Below, piece after piece: positions 10,351 through 20,061 of a DNA stretch of 64,000 nucleotides. Under the pieces are notes generated by a model that saw only the letters and a list, made by a program, of their open reading frames with translations, did not search any database and was not told where the DNA came from. Source of the DNA: a virus (taxonomy: Duplodnaviria; Caudoviricetes); IMG/VR virus record IMGVR_UViG_3300032285_001531; one strand, written 5' to 3'. Position 1 is the first letter of the stretch. Each line of letters starts with the position of its first letter. Made by a program: the position numbers and the translations under genes.

Positions 10351-13194
10351 ATGGCTATACCAACCCCACAACAGACAATTATCAGCACAGGGACTGACCC
10401 TGCGTTGGCCACATATGGAAACGCACTAAATTCTGCGGCATATGTTTCTAATGGAAATGTTACTTACAACATTACCCAGATAGAACAAACGGTCCAAAAT
10501 ACTACCCTAACTAACAATTTCAACAATACTGCCGGAGGATCCGGCGGACAAGTTCAATTCAACGTCAATGGTGTGTTGACCGGTGATGCTGGCTTCATCT
10601 ACAATCCTAATAATGACACAGTAGTTGTTTCAGGAAATGTACTTACTGGCTCAATCAGTGCAACTGCTAATATTACTAGTGCAGGAAATATAAGCGCAAA
10701 CATTGTCAATGCAGCTAATTTAAGAACCGATCATCTACAACATGCAAACGGTGACTCCTATGTTTTCACTGCTGTAACAGGCAACATCACTTTTGATGAA
10801 GAAAACATCATAAGCACTGGCAATATGTATCTACAGCCAAATGACGCTAGTGCAAGTGCAGTTGACATTTATCTAACTGGAAGTAATGATGTTCATATGG
10901 CAACTAGTGCATCAGGTGATATGCTTTATGTAGGTGGAGATAATCAATATGTACGTTTAAACTCAACTGGTAATGTTGACATTCAATCATATGATTCAGG
11001 CACAGATACAACAAATACATGGAACTTTAATAATAACGGTCAGTTAGTATTTCCATATGGCGGAATTATTGGTCCAGACGGTGGAGAGAGTTTAATAGTC
11101 AATGCTAAAGATGGTGTAGCAATGTATTCTAGTAACAGTTTAGTAAGCACTGGTGCATTAGATTTATCTGCAGTATTTACTAATACTAATAACAATGATT
11201 TACCTGGTGTTGAAATTTGGGCTAGAGCAAAAGGAAATGCTACTAGTACATGGACGTTCAGTAAAGACGGGATAATGGCTTTCCCAAATAATCGAATCAA
11301 TGTTGGTGCTGAAAGTATTGATATCGTAAGTAGCAACTATAGCGAATTATTATTTGAAAATAGTGATGCAGCAAATGCAGCAAATGGTGACGGTATTACT
11401 TCATACATATATATTGAAGGGAATCAAGCAGGTACCGGAATTGAAACAAAGAACGGAGAGAATTATTACTGGTATAATTACAGTGACGGAACTGCTGTTT
11501 TCCCTGCAGGAATTTCAATCGAAAACAACTACAAACAATATTTTAATGTTATAGTTAACACTAATACTGGTTCAGGCATCAATCTTCGAATTAATATTAA
11601 TGTTACTGCTGCAGGTGAAATGATTATTGTAGGCATAGCAAACGGTGGTAGCGGATATGTTGTCGGTGATAGTGTTTTTGTTTTAGGTACTGCAATTAAT
11701 GGTACAAATTTACTTAATGATGTATACATGACCGTTGCTGCAGTTAATGGAAGTGGTACAATTACAAGCACTGGTGGGTTAACAATTGATACAACATATA
11801 CTCATCCACTAGACGGTGTTAAGTTTGCAGGTGGAGGTGTAGTATCTGGTACTGATGCTAACGGTAATGTAACTATTCAAACTTTTGATAGTGAAGGCCC
11901 TACCAGTTACAATTATGCGTTTACTAATCAAGGCACATTAGAAGCTTATGATAATTTTTATATCAAAAGTCCAAGTTTTGTTGACATGCTTTGGTATAAT
12001 GATAATGTAGTTGGATCTAAAAAGGTAGGTGATTCTGACACTACTGGATTCCATGCTCAAGATAATACTGCTACAATATATGGTTCATTATACAATGCAG
12101 GAAGCACTGAATGGAATTTTTCAAATGATGGTACATTGTCAGCTCCTGGTTCAATTCATATGAACGGAGACGGTAGATATTTTCAAGTTAGCGTAACTAG
12201 TGATACTGGATCTGGTGCTAATCTTCAAGTATTGGTTTATGTTAATCTTGCGGGAACTGTTAGTATCTCATCTATTAGTAACGGTGGACAATATTACAAC
12301 GTCGGTGATGTATTATTCATAGACGGTAGTTTAATTGGTGGCCATGAAATAGCTAATCAAATTAATATTGAAGTTATCGGAACAGGTACCGGTGGTGTTA
12401 TTGAAGGTACAGGTCAATTGACAATCACAAGCGGTATTGGTCCTAGATCAGGAGTAGAATTCAATAATTTTGCTGCAGTTCAAACTGATGACAATGCTAA
12501 CGGTAATTTAGTTTTCCAATCATTTAATACAAATACAGAAGAATTTTACTATTCAACATTTGATAATACAGGTAATCTATCTGTTCCAGGTGAAATTCAT
12601 TTAATAAATGACAATGCACACGGTGGTGCAGGTTATGCAGGAATGATAACATTTGAAAATACAACCAGTGGTGCGACCAACACTAAGAAATTTGTACGCA
12701 TGAATAGTACTGGTAATCTTGAAATTATCAATAATGGATACTCTACAACTTTATTATCATTATCTGATAGCGGTAACTTGAGCATTTATGGTAATGCTAA
12801 TGTAGGTAATTTAGGTACTACTACTGCTATTATCACTACAGGTAACATCACTACTGTTAATACTGGCTTAGTTCAGAATGGAAACTCAAACGTAACTATT
12901 ACTGCTAACGCAAATATTACACTAACTGCTACAAGCAATGCTACAATGGTTATCACTGGTACAGGTGCTAACGTAACTGGTTACGCTAATATATCAGGTA
13001 ATGTCAGTGCAGGTAATGTTTCAGGGGCAATTACTCTCGCTACACTAGCATTAAAAATGCCAGTATATGCAGATGCTACTGCTAGAGATGCAGCTATTAC
13101 TTCTCCGACTGCAGGTATGATAATTTATAATACTGGTTCAGGAAATGTGCAAGTTTATAGTGGTTCTGCTTGGGGTAATATAACTGTATCATAA
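10351..13194 (+). CDS. Long tail fibre / adhesin-like structural protein
   Basis: 947 aa G/N/T-rich; GQVQFN motif; internal module duplicated with a 213-aa period. Confidence 0.7.
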   Translation: MAIPTPQQTIISTGTDPALATYGNALNSAAYVSNGNVTYNITQIEQTVQNTTLTNNFNNTAGGSGGQVQFNVNGVLTGDAGFIYNPNNDTVVVSGNVLTGSISATANITSAGNISANIVNAANLRTDHLQHANGDSYVFTAVTGNITFDEENIISTGNMYLQPNDASASAVDIYLTGSNDVHMATSASGDMLYVGGDNQYVRLNSTGNVDIQSYDSGTDTTNTWNFNNNGQLVFPYGGIIGPDGGESLIVNAKDGVAMYSSNSLVSTGALDLSAVFTNTNNNDLPGVEIWARAKGNATSTWTFSKDGIMAFPNNRINVGAESIDIVSSNYSELLFENSDAANAANGDGITSYIYIEGNQAGTGIETKNGENYYWYNYSDGTAVFPAGISIENNYKQYFNVIVNTNTGSGINLRININVTAAGEMIIVGIANGGSGYVVGDSVFVLGTAINGTNLLNDVYMTVAAVNGSGTITSTGGLTIDTTYTHPLDGVKFAGGGVVSGTDANGNVTIQTFDSEGPTSYNYAFTNQGTLEAYDNFYIKSPSFVDMLWYNDNVVGSKKVGDSDTTGFHAQDNTATIYGSLYNAGSTEWNFSNDGTLSAPGSIHMNGDGRYFQVSVTSDTGSGANLQVLVYVNLAGTVSISSISNGGQYYNVGDVLFIDGSLIGGHEIANQINIEVIGTGTGGVIEGTGQLTITSGIGPRSGVEFNNFAAVQTDDNANGNLVFQSFNTNTEEFYYSTFDNTGNLSVPGEIHLINDNAHGGAGYAGMITFENTTSGATNTKKFVRMNSTGNLEIINNGYSTTLLSLSDSGNLSIYGNANVGNLGTTTAIITTGNITTVNTGLVQNGNSNVTITANANITLTATSNATMVITGTGANVTGYANISGNVSAGNVSGAITLATLALKMPVYADATARDAAITSPTAGMIIYNTGSGNVQVYSGSAWGNITVS

Positions 13195-13213
13195 TTAATA
13201 TAAAGCAATAACT

Positions 13214-13241
13214 AAAAAAGCCCCTTAATTGGGGCTTTTTT
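13214..13241. terminator. Bidirectional intrinsic terminator
   Basis: AAAAAAGCCCC-TTAATT-GGGGCTTTTTT between convergent genes. Confidence 0.85.
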
Positions 13242-13458
13242 ATTTTAAGCGTTGTAACATGAACTCTGCATATTTACTTTCACACATTGATATTATATCC
13301 GTAAACGGCCATTCTAAATAGAAAGGACACCTATCTTTCCATCTATAGTTCTGTTTGAAATATTTAAATTCTTCCAAATCATTACGATTAGCCGGATCAA
13401 AATAACGTCTGCGTTGTGCAAACTTATGAAGTATTGTTATACTATCAATGCAAATCAT
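13240..13458 (-). CDS. Hypothetical protein
   Basis: ORF in minus-strand operon. Confidence 0.55.
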   Translation of the reverse strand: MICIDSITILHKFAQRRRYFDPANRNDLEEFKYFKQNYRWKDRCPFYLEWPFTDIISMCESKYAEFMLQRLK

Positions 13459-13460
13459 GT

Positions 13461-13649
13461 TTAGCTACGTTCAATGGCAGTAGCTTCTTTGATAAGTGTG
13501 GTTACTTCATCAAGTGATGCACAAAGAATCTTTACGTTAGACCAATCATCATCATGGTCACGTCCAGATATCTCAAACAAGAAACCATTATCATACATCT
13601 GAATGGTTACTGTTTCATCTACCTTCATTAGTTTATCGTTAATCTTCAT
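13461..13649 (-). CDS. Hypothetical protein
   Basis: AGGAG RBS; operon spacing. Confidence 0.6.
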   Translation of the reverse strand: MKINDKLMKVDETVTIQMYDNGFLFEISGRDHDDDWSNVKILCASLDEVTTLIKEATAIERS

Positions 13650-13701
13650 TTAATACTCCTAGAAAGAATATAGGACATCCTAAAATGTCCTATCATATTT
13701 A

Positions 13702-14052
13702 TTACTGTTCAACCGCAGTCTTAGTTTTTGCACGTGCTTGGATGTCGCTGAGGCTAGGCTTACTTGCCTTAACCTTAACTTCACCTTTCTTAGCATCTTT
13801 TTCACGATCAGCGATACAATCACTAATCAATGCCTGATCATTGGCACTTTGAAAATCTGCATGTGCAGCAAGATAACGCAATGCTTCAAGTTTAGTCATT
13901 GCATTCGGGAGTTCAATCAAATCGATGCGTGATGCACCACCTTTAGTAAACTGCTTAACACGACGGATAAGGTCATCAGTAAAACGAACCTTAGAATTAC
14001 CATTGTGAGTTGTAATGCCTGCTACCTTAAAAAGCTGATTAGTATCTGCCAT
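13702..14052 (-). CDS. Hypothetical protein
   Basis: GAGG RBS; downstream of sigma70 promoter. Confidence 0.65.
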   Translation of the reverse strand: MADTNQLFKVAGITTHNGNSKVRFTDDLIRRVKQFTKGGASRIDLIELPNAMTKLEALRYLAAHADFQSANDQALISDCIADREKDAKKGEVKVKASKPSLSDIQARAKTKTAVEQ

Positions 14053-14107
14053 AAATTACCTCATAAAAATTAAAGTTAATAAAAAACACTGATTGCTCAG
14101 TCTATAT

Positions 14108-14136
14108 ATGATAACACCATTTGTGTTTATTGTCAA
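14108..14136 (-). promoter_or_regulatory. Sigma70 promoter
   Basis: TTGACA-17-TATCAT on minus strand. Confidence 0.7.
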
Positions 14137-14443
14137 CAATTGGTATGACCAAATTCATTACACATTACCCAAAAGAACTGCCCGTCCAAGAGGACTAGAA
14201 CCTTCAGCTAATGATACTGCATTATACCATGTATCTGCTTGGATAACAATATCCATCCATTTAGATTCAGATATAAACACACGTACACGAAATCCATTCA
14301 TTTTACTTCTCCTAATGGTTTATTAAGTTGATTCAAGTCATCAGCACATTTTCTAACAGTTTCACTTAATGTACCTGTACCAATTTCTTTTTCTATCAAT
14401 CGTGCGATATTATGTAGTTGCATAACTGCATCAGTTAGTTCAT

Positions 14444-14953
14444 TCATTTCAATGGACCTCTAATTTCAATCAAGGGTATTGTAGATGCCCAAAGATTAGT
14501 GTTTATTAAAAATTCAAATGTACTTAATATTTCTTCTTTGCTAATTCTGTCACAATATACAGTTTGCGGAGTATTAAATAATTCTGCTGGATTAATCAGT
14601 GTATGTTTGACGCTAGACCTAGTTAACAATAATTGTTCATTTAATCTAACCAATTTATTTTTAACATGATACTGGTCATTTATCCGATAACTCATGCTAC
14701 CTACTGTAATAAAATAAGTGCTTAAATTTTTATCACTATGATACTTTACCATCTGAGCAACAACATCATATTGATCATCGTTCGGAAGACAATTTATAAC
14801 AATAGAAAATTTTTCACTAAGTTCTAATATAGGTTGAATATTGACACTATCATATCCATTGCTGCGTCCTATACCTTGTGCATTAAATTTATTAACTATC
14901 TCTAGCCCAAGGCCTTTAGTTCCGCCTATGACTAAAATTTTATCATTGTTCAT
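14444..14953 (-). CDS. Short-chain dehydrogenase-like Rossmann protein
   Basis: ILVIGGTKGLG nucleotide-binding motif, FITVGSM; start refined to MNNDK. Confidence 0.6.
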   Translation of the reverse strand: MNNDKILVIGGTKGLGLEIVNKFNAQGIGRSNGYDSVNIQPILELSEKFSIVINCLPNDDQYDVVAQMVKYHSDKNLSTYFITVGSMSYRINDQYHVKNKLVRLNEQLLLTRSSVKHTLINPAELFNTPQTVYCDRISKEEILSTFEFLINTNLWASTIPLIEIRGPLK

Positions 14954-14954
14954 A

Positions 14955-15110
14955 TTAGTTATAGCCAAGTTCAACATCTAACATATCTGCCTCAAGGACA
15001 GCATCCTGATAGTTATTTGCATTAAGTACTACAATATTACCATCCGAATAATTTGCGATGTAGGAGTCATGTCCTTCATCAAATGCAACATCAATAATAA
15101 AGTTGTCCAT
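14955..15110 (-). CDS. Small acidic hypothetical protein (51 aa, not in ORF track)
   Basis: MDNFIIDVAFDEGHDSY...; TAATG overlap with upstream gene. Confidence 0.5.
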   Translation of the reverse strand: MDNFIIDVAFDEGHDSYIANYSDGNIVVLNANNYQDAVLEADMLDVELGYN

Positions 15111-15301
15111 TATTTCAATCCTTTAATATAGTTAATAACTTCATTTGCTTGGGTCAAGTCACTTACTGCTACTGCATCTTCAATCATATTTGTATGAATT
15201 TGATCCAACTGATTTAACAGTTTATCAATCTTTTGCCGTTTATCGTTATTCAATTTAATTACATAATGCTTATATGCATCATGGTGATTGTAGTTTTTCA
15301 T
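15110..15301 (-). CDS. Hypothetical protein
   Basis: Coupled overlaps at both ends. Confidence 0.5.
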   Translation of the reverse strand: MKNYNHHDAYKHYVIKLNNDKRQKIDKLLNQLDQIHTNMIEDAVAVSDLTQANEVINYIKGLK

Positions 15302-15492
15302 GCATCACCTAAGAATTTTGATTTAGTATTACTACGTTCTTCAATTGGGGCTGGCTTTGAACGAACTGGCTGTTCACCATTCATTTTATCTTTGGTCCAA
15401 TCTGCACCTTGTGTAATATCTTTGCCGATGCCGGATATAGTATTACAAGCAGTCAATGCCAGTAGCGAGGCTAAAATGATTATATTCTTCAT
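15298..15492 (-). CDS. Entericidin EcnA/B-like lipoprotein
   Basis: LTAC lipobox followed by NTISGIGKDI, resembling CNTxxGxGxDI; AAGGAG RBS. Confidence 0.7.
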   Translation of the reverse strand: MKNIIILASLLALTACNTISGIGKDITQGADWTKDKMNGEQPVRSKPAPIEERSNTKSKFLGDA

Positions 15493-15501
15493 AGTATCTC
15501 C

Positions 15502-15768
15502 TTAAAGTAAATCAACTTGTACATCAACAGAATGCGGATTCATATTATAATCATATACACGTATACGATGACCAATCCCACCACATTTTTCGCCTGCTTT
15601 CAAGTGTAGTGCCATTAGGTGCAGAGTTTGCTCTACTGCTTGATAGTGAGGGGTAGTTGCAAAACGAGTAACTATTTCGCCAACTGTCATGTAAATACCG
15701 ACACCTTCAACAATAACACGAATCTTTTGACTATTATTGAAACCTTTGATAACTTGTGGTTTGCGCAT
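15502..15768 (-). CDS. Hypothetical protein
   Basis: Start refined to MRKPQV with AAGGA RBS. Confidence 0.5.
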   Translation of the reverse strand: MRKPQVIKGFNNSQKIRVIVEGVGIYMTVGEIVTRFATTPHYQAVEQTLHLMALHLKAGEKCGGIGHRIRVYDYNMNPHSVDVQVDLL

Positions 15769-15787
15769 ATTTTTCCTTAAGAGTGTA

Positions 15788-15985
15788 TCAAAACAATGTA
15801 TTATAAACTTTCTTACGTACTTCAGTGTCAGTAGCTTTTTCAAGCCCTGTAACAGTGCTTATTTCAAGTAACATATTAAGAACTTTAGACCATGCTAATT
15901 TTTTAGAGATGGCAATTAATACAATTTCATGTACAGTATTATTGCCTATGTCAGTATTCATACCGTAGTCAAATTTTGCATTCAT
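15788..15985 (-). CDS. Hypothetical protein
   Basis: AGGA RBS; directly after promoter. Confidence 0.55.
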   Translation of the reverse strand: MNAKFDYGMNTDIGNNTVHEIVLIAISKKLAWSKVLNMLLEISTVTGLEKATDTEVRKKVYNTLF

Positions 15986-16017
15986 GATAAGTTCCTGTGT
16001 TGTTAGTTGATGTAGTG

Positions 16018-16046
16018 ATTATATGACCAAAATGATTTACTGTCAA
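16018..16046 (-). promoter_or_regulatory. Sigma70 promoter (perfect consensus)
   Basis: TTGACA-17-TATAAT. Confidence 0.85.
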
Positions 16047-16380
16047 CCAAAAATTAATGTACCTATTAAATACCCTAATCCAACAGAAGTTAATGGAATA
16101 ATTGCTAATGTCAAAATGATTTTAGTTAAGTTATCAGTATGATCTTTCATGTCGCTCTTTTTCATTTTATGCCTTTAATAAGAAAAGTGTTGCATCTCTG
16201 CTATCACGAAAAAACAAGTGCAGTTCATACTCACGGTATTTACCTCTAGCTCCTTTTCGTCTCCACCCCGTTTGTTCTACTAATCTATAGAACCAACGTT
16301 TATCTTTACTTGTTCCACCTGAACCAAACAGTTTAAAACACAATTCCAAATCCTCTACATGATAGGAACCACGATCAATT

Positions 16381-16689
16381 TTAGTTGTTTTTGCCTGCAA
16401 TTTCAGCCCAGTCAACTTCACCATGGTTATACCAACGATTTTCTTCATAGTTCCAGCGTCTTGTGTCATAGAAGTGTAGCATAATACTATAACCAAATAA
16501 ACCAATTTCAAAATGAACTCCAGCATAATCACTATGCGTAGATACATTAATTGATAACCTAACAATAGTTGTATCTTTACATATCTGTATTTCACCTGCT
16601 TTATTTTTGCTAATTTGATGATCTTTGTAAAAAATAGTATTCCACCGATCACTAAAAGGATTTACAATTCTAAGCTGAAATAAAATCAT
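16381..16689 (-). CDS. Hypothetical protein
   Basis: ATGA overlap with upstream gene. Confidence 0.5.
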   Translation of the reverse strand: MILFQLRIVNPFSDRWNTIFYKDHQISKNKAGEIQICKDTTIVRLSINVSTHSDYAGVHFEIGLFGYSIMLHFYDTRRWNYEENRWYNHGEVDWAEIAGKNN

Positions 16690-17018
16690 TCTTTAATCTC
16701 ACTATTAGGTAAATTATATTCTCTCTCATATTGCGAGTTTATGCTGCCATTCTTTTCAGGACTAGGATACTTAATATTACTTTCTACTTCAAAGCCAAAC
16801 GATTTAAGTAAGTTTCTTTGATCTGCTTGGCTACCACATCTATCAGCACATTCTCTAACTATTGCTTCAACGAATCTACGTCCCTGCACACGCCATATAG
16901 GAGAATTGTAAATATTAAACCGTGTAGCTGCGGCTATATAATTGAAAACATCAGCATCATCAGGTAGCAGCATTGTATCATATGCTTGATAAAATTCAGG
17001 AAAATCAGACATAGACAT
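16686..17018 (-). CDS. Hypothetical protein
   Basis: Operon context. Confidence 0.5.
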   Translation of the reverse strand: MSMSDFPEFYQAYDTMLLPDDADVFNYIAAATRFNIYNSPIWRVQGRRFVEAIVRECADRCGSQADQRNLLKSFGFEVESNIKYPSPEKNGSINSQYEREYNLPNSEIKE

Positions 17019-17175
17019 CTACCTTGTTTTTGTTTACTACATTCATGTGATGTGCTTTCTTAAACTCTTTAAGTTTTTCATCACGTATATCCATCATATG
17101 TCTAAGTTGACCTGCACTATGATCCTGAATACGGATCTGTCTAAGTTGTTCTGCAAGTGAAATTTTAAATGTCAT
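17005..17175 (-). CDS. Hypothetical protein
   Basis: Start refined to MTFKISL. Confidence 0.45.
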   Translation of the reverse strand: MTFKISLAEQLRQIRIQDHSAGQLRHMMDIRDEKLKEFKKAHHMNVVNKNKVDVYV

Positions 17176-17410
17176 CTTTAACTCCAAAATGTTCTTTGAA
17201 TTGATTAAGTACAATATTGCATGTACCGGTCATAATCATGCGAGTAGCTACATCAGTGGAGACTTCCTCTTTGGAAACTTCTCTGAATTTTTTTACCTCA
17301 CTTATACACTCAGCAATAATCAACTTAGCAAAGTCATTAACTAAATCTTCCCGATCTGTTACAAACCACAGTCCAGAATTCTTAGCAAGTTCTTCAATAC
17401 GGTTGTTCAT
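17165..17410 (-). CDS. Hypothetical protein
   Basis: MNNRIEELAKNSG...FAKLIIAEC, small phage-type protein; ATGA overlap. Confidence 0.55.
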   Translation of the reverse strand: MNNRIEELAKNSGLWFVTDREDLVNDFAKLIIAECISEVKKFREVSKEEVSTDVATRMIMTGTCNIVLNQFKEHFGVKDDI

Positions 17411-17622
17411 TTTGCAAGTGCCTCTGCAAGGTAGTTATGGATCTCATCCATTTCTGCTTGCTCAACGTAAAAGTCTGTGGTAGGATCATAATACATGCCT
17501 TCTTTGACATCATAATATAACACACGACCGTTACTGTAATAGAAAGGACCTTCTAAACCCTTACGTGGTTGCCATTTAACATCACGGTCGCAGAGTACTT
17601 TGTATCCCATGCTATTCTCCAA
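17407..17622 (-). CDS. Hypothetical protein
   Basis: LEGPFYYSNGRVLYYD.KEG.YYDPTTDFY aromatic-rich domain. Confidence 0.6.
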   Translation of the reverse strand: MENSMGYKVLCDRDVKWQPRKGLEGPFYYSNGRVLYYDVKEGMYYDPTTDFYVEQAEMDEIHNYLAEALAK

Positions 17623-17664
17623 AAAGTTAAGATGAAGTAATTATATGATATGTCAGATCCGATG

Positions 17665-17820
17665 TCAAGCTTCGGGTAAATATTTTTTGTGTTTAGGTTG
17701 TCTTTTAAACAACTTCTTACTTTTAACAACTTTGGGTGTAAAGGGAGTATCGTTGTCAAAAAGAACACGATGGGCCCTAGTTTTGGGTGTTATGAGAAAT
17801 GTAATAGTTTCATGTTTCAT
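17665..17820 (-). CDS. ArfA-like (alternative ribosome rescue factor) small basic protein
   Basis: PFTPKVVKSKKLFKRQPKHK resembles ArfA PLF..V.K.KK..Y.RK.KH; start refined. Confidence 0.45.
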   Translation of the reverse strand: MKHETITFLITPKTRAHRVLFDNDTPFTPKVVKSKKLFKRQPKHKKYLPEA

Positions 17821-17829
17821 AGTATTGAT

Positions 17830-17859
17830 ATTATATAACCGAATACTATTTATTGTCAA
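17830..17859 (-). promoter_or_regulatory. Sigma70 promoter
   Basis: TTGACA-18-TATAAT. Confidence 0.7.
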
Positions 17860-18167
17860 CCGTTTTTTATTTCAAACTCAAATGATTTTACATTTTTGAT
17901 AACAAAACTACGCCAGCCCTTTTCCACAGTATCATATACTGCGATATATTCTTTGGATTTTGAAGTTTCAACTAGTTGACGTTTAGTTTCTCTTGTAGGC
18001 AATAAATCTTCTTTTAAGGTACAATGCATTGTTCGTTCAGTACCGTCTTTTTTATTAAAGACAATTTTAACTGTAGTTTCTTTTAATACTCCAGTAATCC
18101 ACACATTGAACTTATCCCACTCTTTGTCTGTCCAATCTTTTGTACTATCTACTTTAGTTAGGCCCAT
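17856..18167 (-). CDS. WYL/Sm-like small phage protein
   Basis: IVFNKKDGTERTMHCT and VYDTVEKGWRSF motifs. Confidence 0.65.
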   Translation of the reverse strand: MGLTKVDSTKDWTDKEWDKFNVWITGVLKETTVKIVFNKKDGTERTMHCTLKEDLLPTRETKRQLVETSKSKEYIAVYDTVEKGWRSFVIKNVKSFEFEIKNG

Positions 18168-18454
18168 AGCATTCTCACTAAACCAATCATATCAATTGTT
18201 ACTAATAACATGTAGTTGGCCAACATGCCAAATGATTTGCGAGTGTAAGCAGCCCAACCATACAAGGCACAACCAGTGATCCAAATAGGATAGAGTAAAA
18301 GTAAAGGCGGATTTGGAACTGTGCTGGCCATAGTAATTGAACATCCGATACTAATTGTCCAGGCAGTGATTTCAACCATAAACCTAAAAGGATTAGTTTT
18401 GTAGTCATCTCTTATCCAACTAAAAATATTAAATAAAATATCATTCATATACAA
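18158..18454 (-). CDS. Small multi-pass membrane protein
   Basis: Three hydrophobic segments. Confidence 0.6.
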   Translation of the reverse strand: MYMNDILFNIFSWIRDDYKTNPFRFMVEITAWTISIGCSITMASTVPNPPLLLLYPIWITGCALYGWAAYTRKSFGMLANYMLLVTIDMIGLVRMLWA

Positions 18455-18549
18455 TCATAGCATAACTGCTATGATATATCAAACAATTCGGTTAACAAAT
18501 AAAATAATACAAACGGTGATGCAGAATAACAATGCTTCAGATATGATTA

Positions 18550-18729
18550 TCATTTTGCTTCTCTAAGTTGTCTACATTGTTCACGCATAGCAGGTGTGAA
18601 GTCAGGACTTATTTCTGCTATATCACAATTAGTTGAACCTTTAACTGGAACGTCGGACATCATTACTACACCAGTAATAGCTATAATAATCATAACTACC
18701 AATAATACTTCTTGCATAATTTTATTCAT
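18550..18729 (-). CDS. Bitopic membrane protein with Cys pair
   Basis: Start refined to MNKIMQ; TM then NC..AE.....R..C. Confidence 0.55.
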   Translation of the reverse strand: MNKIMQEVLLVVMIIIAITGVVMMSDVPVKGSTNCDIAEISPDFTPAMREQCRQLREAK

Positions 18730-19291
18730 CTTTTTCTTCCTCTTCGGCTTCTTTAGCCCAACGTGCCATGCGTTCAGTACGTTCACGTTTTTCTGTTTCC
18801 TCACGCTCACGTGTCATTTCATCAACATAGTCTGCATCACTATCACACATTGGGCATGTTTCTTTTTCATGATGTGATTCTTCTTCAGTCATATAATAAT
18901 CTTCTATTACAGAACCATCTTCACGACAGTGTACGGTGTTAGCATCATATCTACCACCAGTCCATTTACACTTAGTACACTTCCATACTGTAGGTTCTAC
19001 ATATGGTTGATGAACTTCCCATTCTTCTGCACTATATGTAACTTCGTATCCACCTTTGCGGTCAGTCCACCAATCATCTTCGTCAAGCCAATCCCATTCT
19101 AAGTCAATATTATTGTCCCAAGCATCACCGATAACTTGTTCAAAATCTTCTTCTCCACTTTCCAAGTCGGCTAGTAGTTGAGTTATTTCAGCTTCTTCAT
19201 AGTCAGGATATATCTCACTTAATATTGCTTCATTAAGTTCAATACCATATCTTCTTTCAACTTGGTGCCATTCGCTTTTAACTATTTGCAT
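18722..19291 (-). CDS. Acidic protein with zinc-ribbon motifs
   Basis: CTKC and CPMC motifs. Confidence 0.6.
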   Translation of the reverse strand: MQIVKSEWHQVERRYGIELNEAILSEIYPDYEEAEITQLLADLESGEEDFEQVIGDAWDNNIDLEWDWLDEDDWWTDRKGGYEVTYSAEEWEVHQPYVEPTVWKCTKCKWTGGRYDANTVHCREDGSVIEDYYMTEEESHHEKETCPMCDSDADYVDEMTREREETEKRERTERMARWAKEAEEEEKDE

Positions 19292-19478
19292 GTTCTACCT
19301 TTCGTTGCATGATAACACTAATCATAGTTGTTGGGATATACACTAATGCCCACCACCATGAATCATGGGCTATTAACTGAACCACAGTTATCAATACAAG
19401 TAAGTCAAATATATTGTATGATAATTTGAAAAAGAACCTGTTCCACATTCTAAGAAATTTCATAAGTGTATCTTTCAT
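19278..19478 (-). CDS. Small membrane protein
   Basis: Two hydrophobic segments. Confidence 0.5.
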   Translation of the reverse strand: MKDTLMKFLRMWNRFFFKLSYNIFDLLVLITVVQLIAHDSWWWALVYIPTTMISVIMQRKVEHANS

Positions 19479-19654
19479 TTATCTTTAAATTCTGAACATA
19501 CCATTTGAAAACGTTGATACTGAGAAGTTATTTGACTATGCGGAGCATTAGGATTTTTTAAACGATACATTTCCCTTTGTTCATCTATACAACTGTCAAA
19601 TTTACTACCACACGCAGATAATGCTAATATAAAAAATATAGTTAAGTATTTCAT
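19475..19654 (-). CDS. Small lipoprotein (59 aa, not in ORF track)
   Basis: MKYLTIFFILALSAC lipobox; GGAGGA RBS; ATGA overlap. Confidence 0.6.
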   Translation of the reverse strand: MKYLTIFFILALSACGSKFDSCIDEQREMYRLKNPNAPHSQITSQYQRFQMVCSEFKDK

Positions 19655-19811
19655 AATTGAATCCTCCTATATATATTTATGGTTATTTCTTATCCGAATG
19701 TACGTCATCATGTAGTTTATTAACCTCATCTAAATCACGTTCAAATTTATCAAAGATAATCCAAAACAATAATAAAAATATTACTATAAGAATAAGAAAC
19801 TTTATCATAGT

Positions 19812-20021
19812 TTACCTTTTTAATGCTTTGCATTTAGCACGTACTTCAATGGGAGTACTTGCAAGATCAGCTAACTCGCAATTATACGAGATAACGTTTT
19901 TTTCAGTACCGGTAATCTCAGTCCAAAACAATACAAGAACACTAATGAATAGTGTCCATGAAATTATTAATGCACCTGTAACGATGAATAGTCTGTTTTG
20001 TAAATTGTACATGCTTAGCAT
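19812..20021 (-). CDS. Bitopic membrane protein with Cys pair (paralog of 18550-18729)
   Basis: TM then NCELAD.....RAKC. Confidence 0.55.
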   Translation of the reverse strand: MLSMYNLQNRLFIVTGALIISWTLFISVLVLFWTEITGTEKNVISYNCELADLASTPIEVRAKCKALKR

Positions 20022-20061
20022 TATACACTGTTATGGCACAAGTGCAATATATTTGGTTAAA

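Noticed and set aside
8252-11771. Several long minus-strand ORFs opposite the tail-fibre genes
   Set aside because: Antisense shadows of biased codon usage; no RBS or motifs
16167-16652. 161-aa ORF from the track
   Set aside because: Its 5' two-thirds overlaps 16381-16689 in another frame; only the 3' part may be real and I could not fix a start
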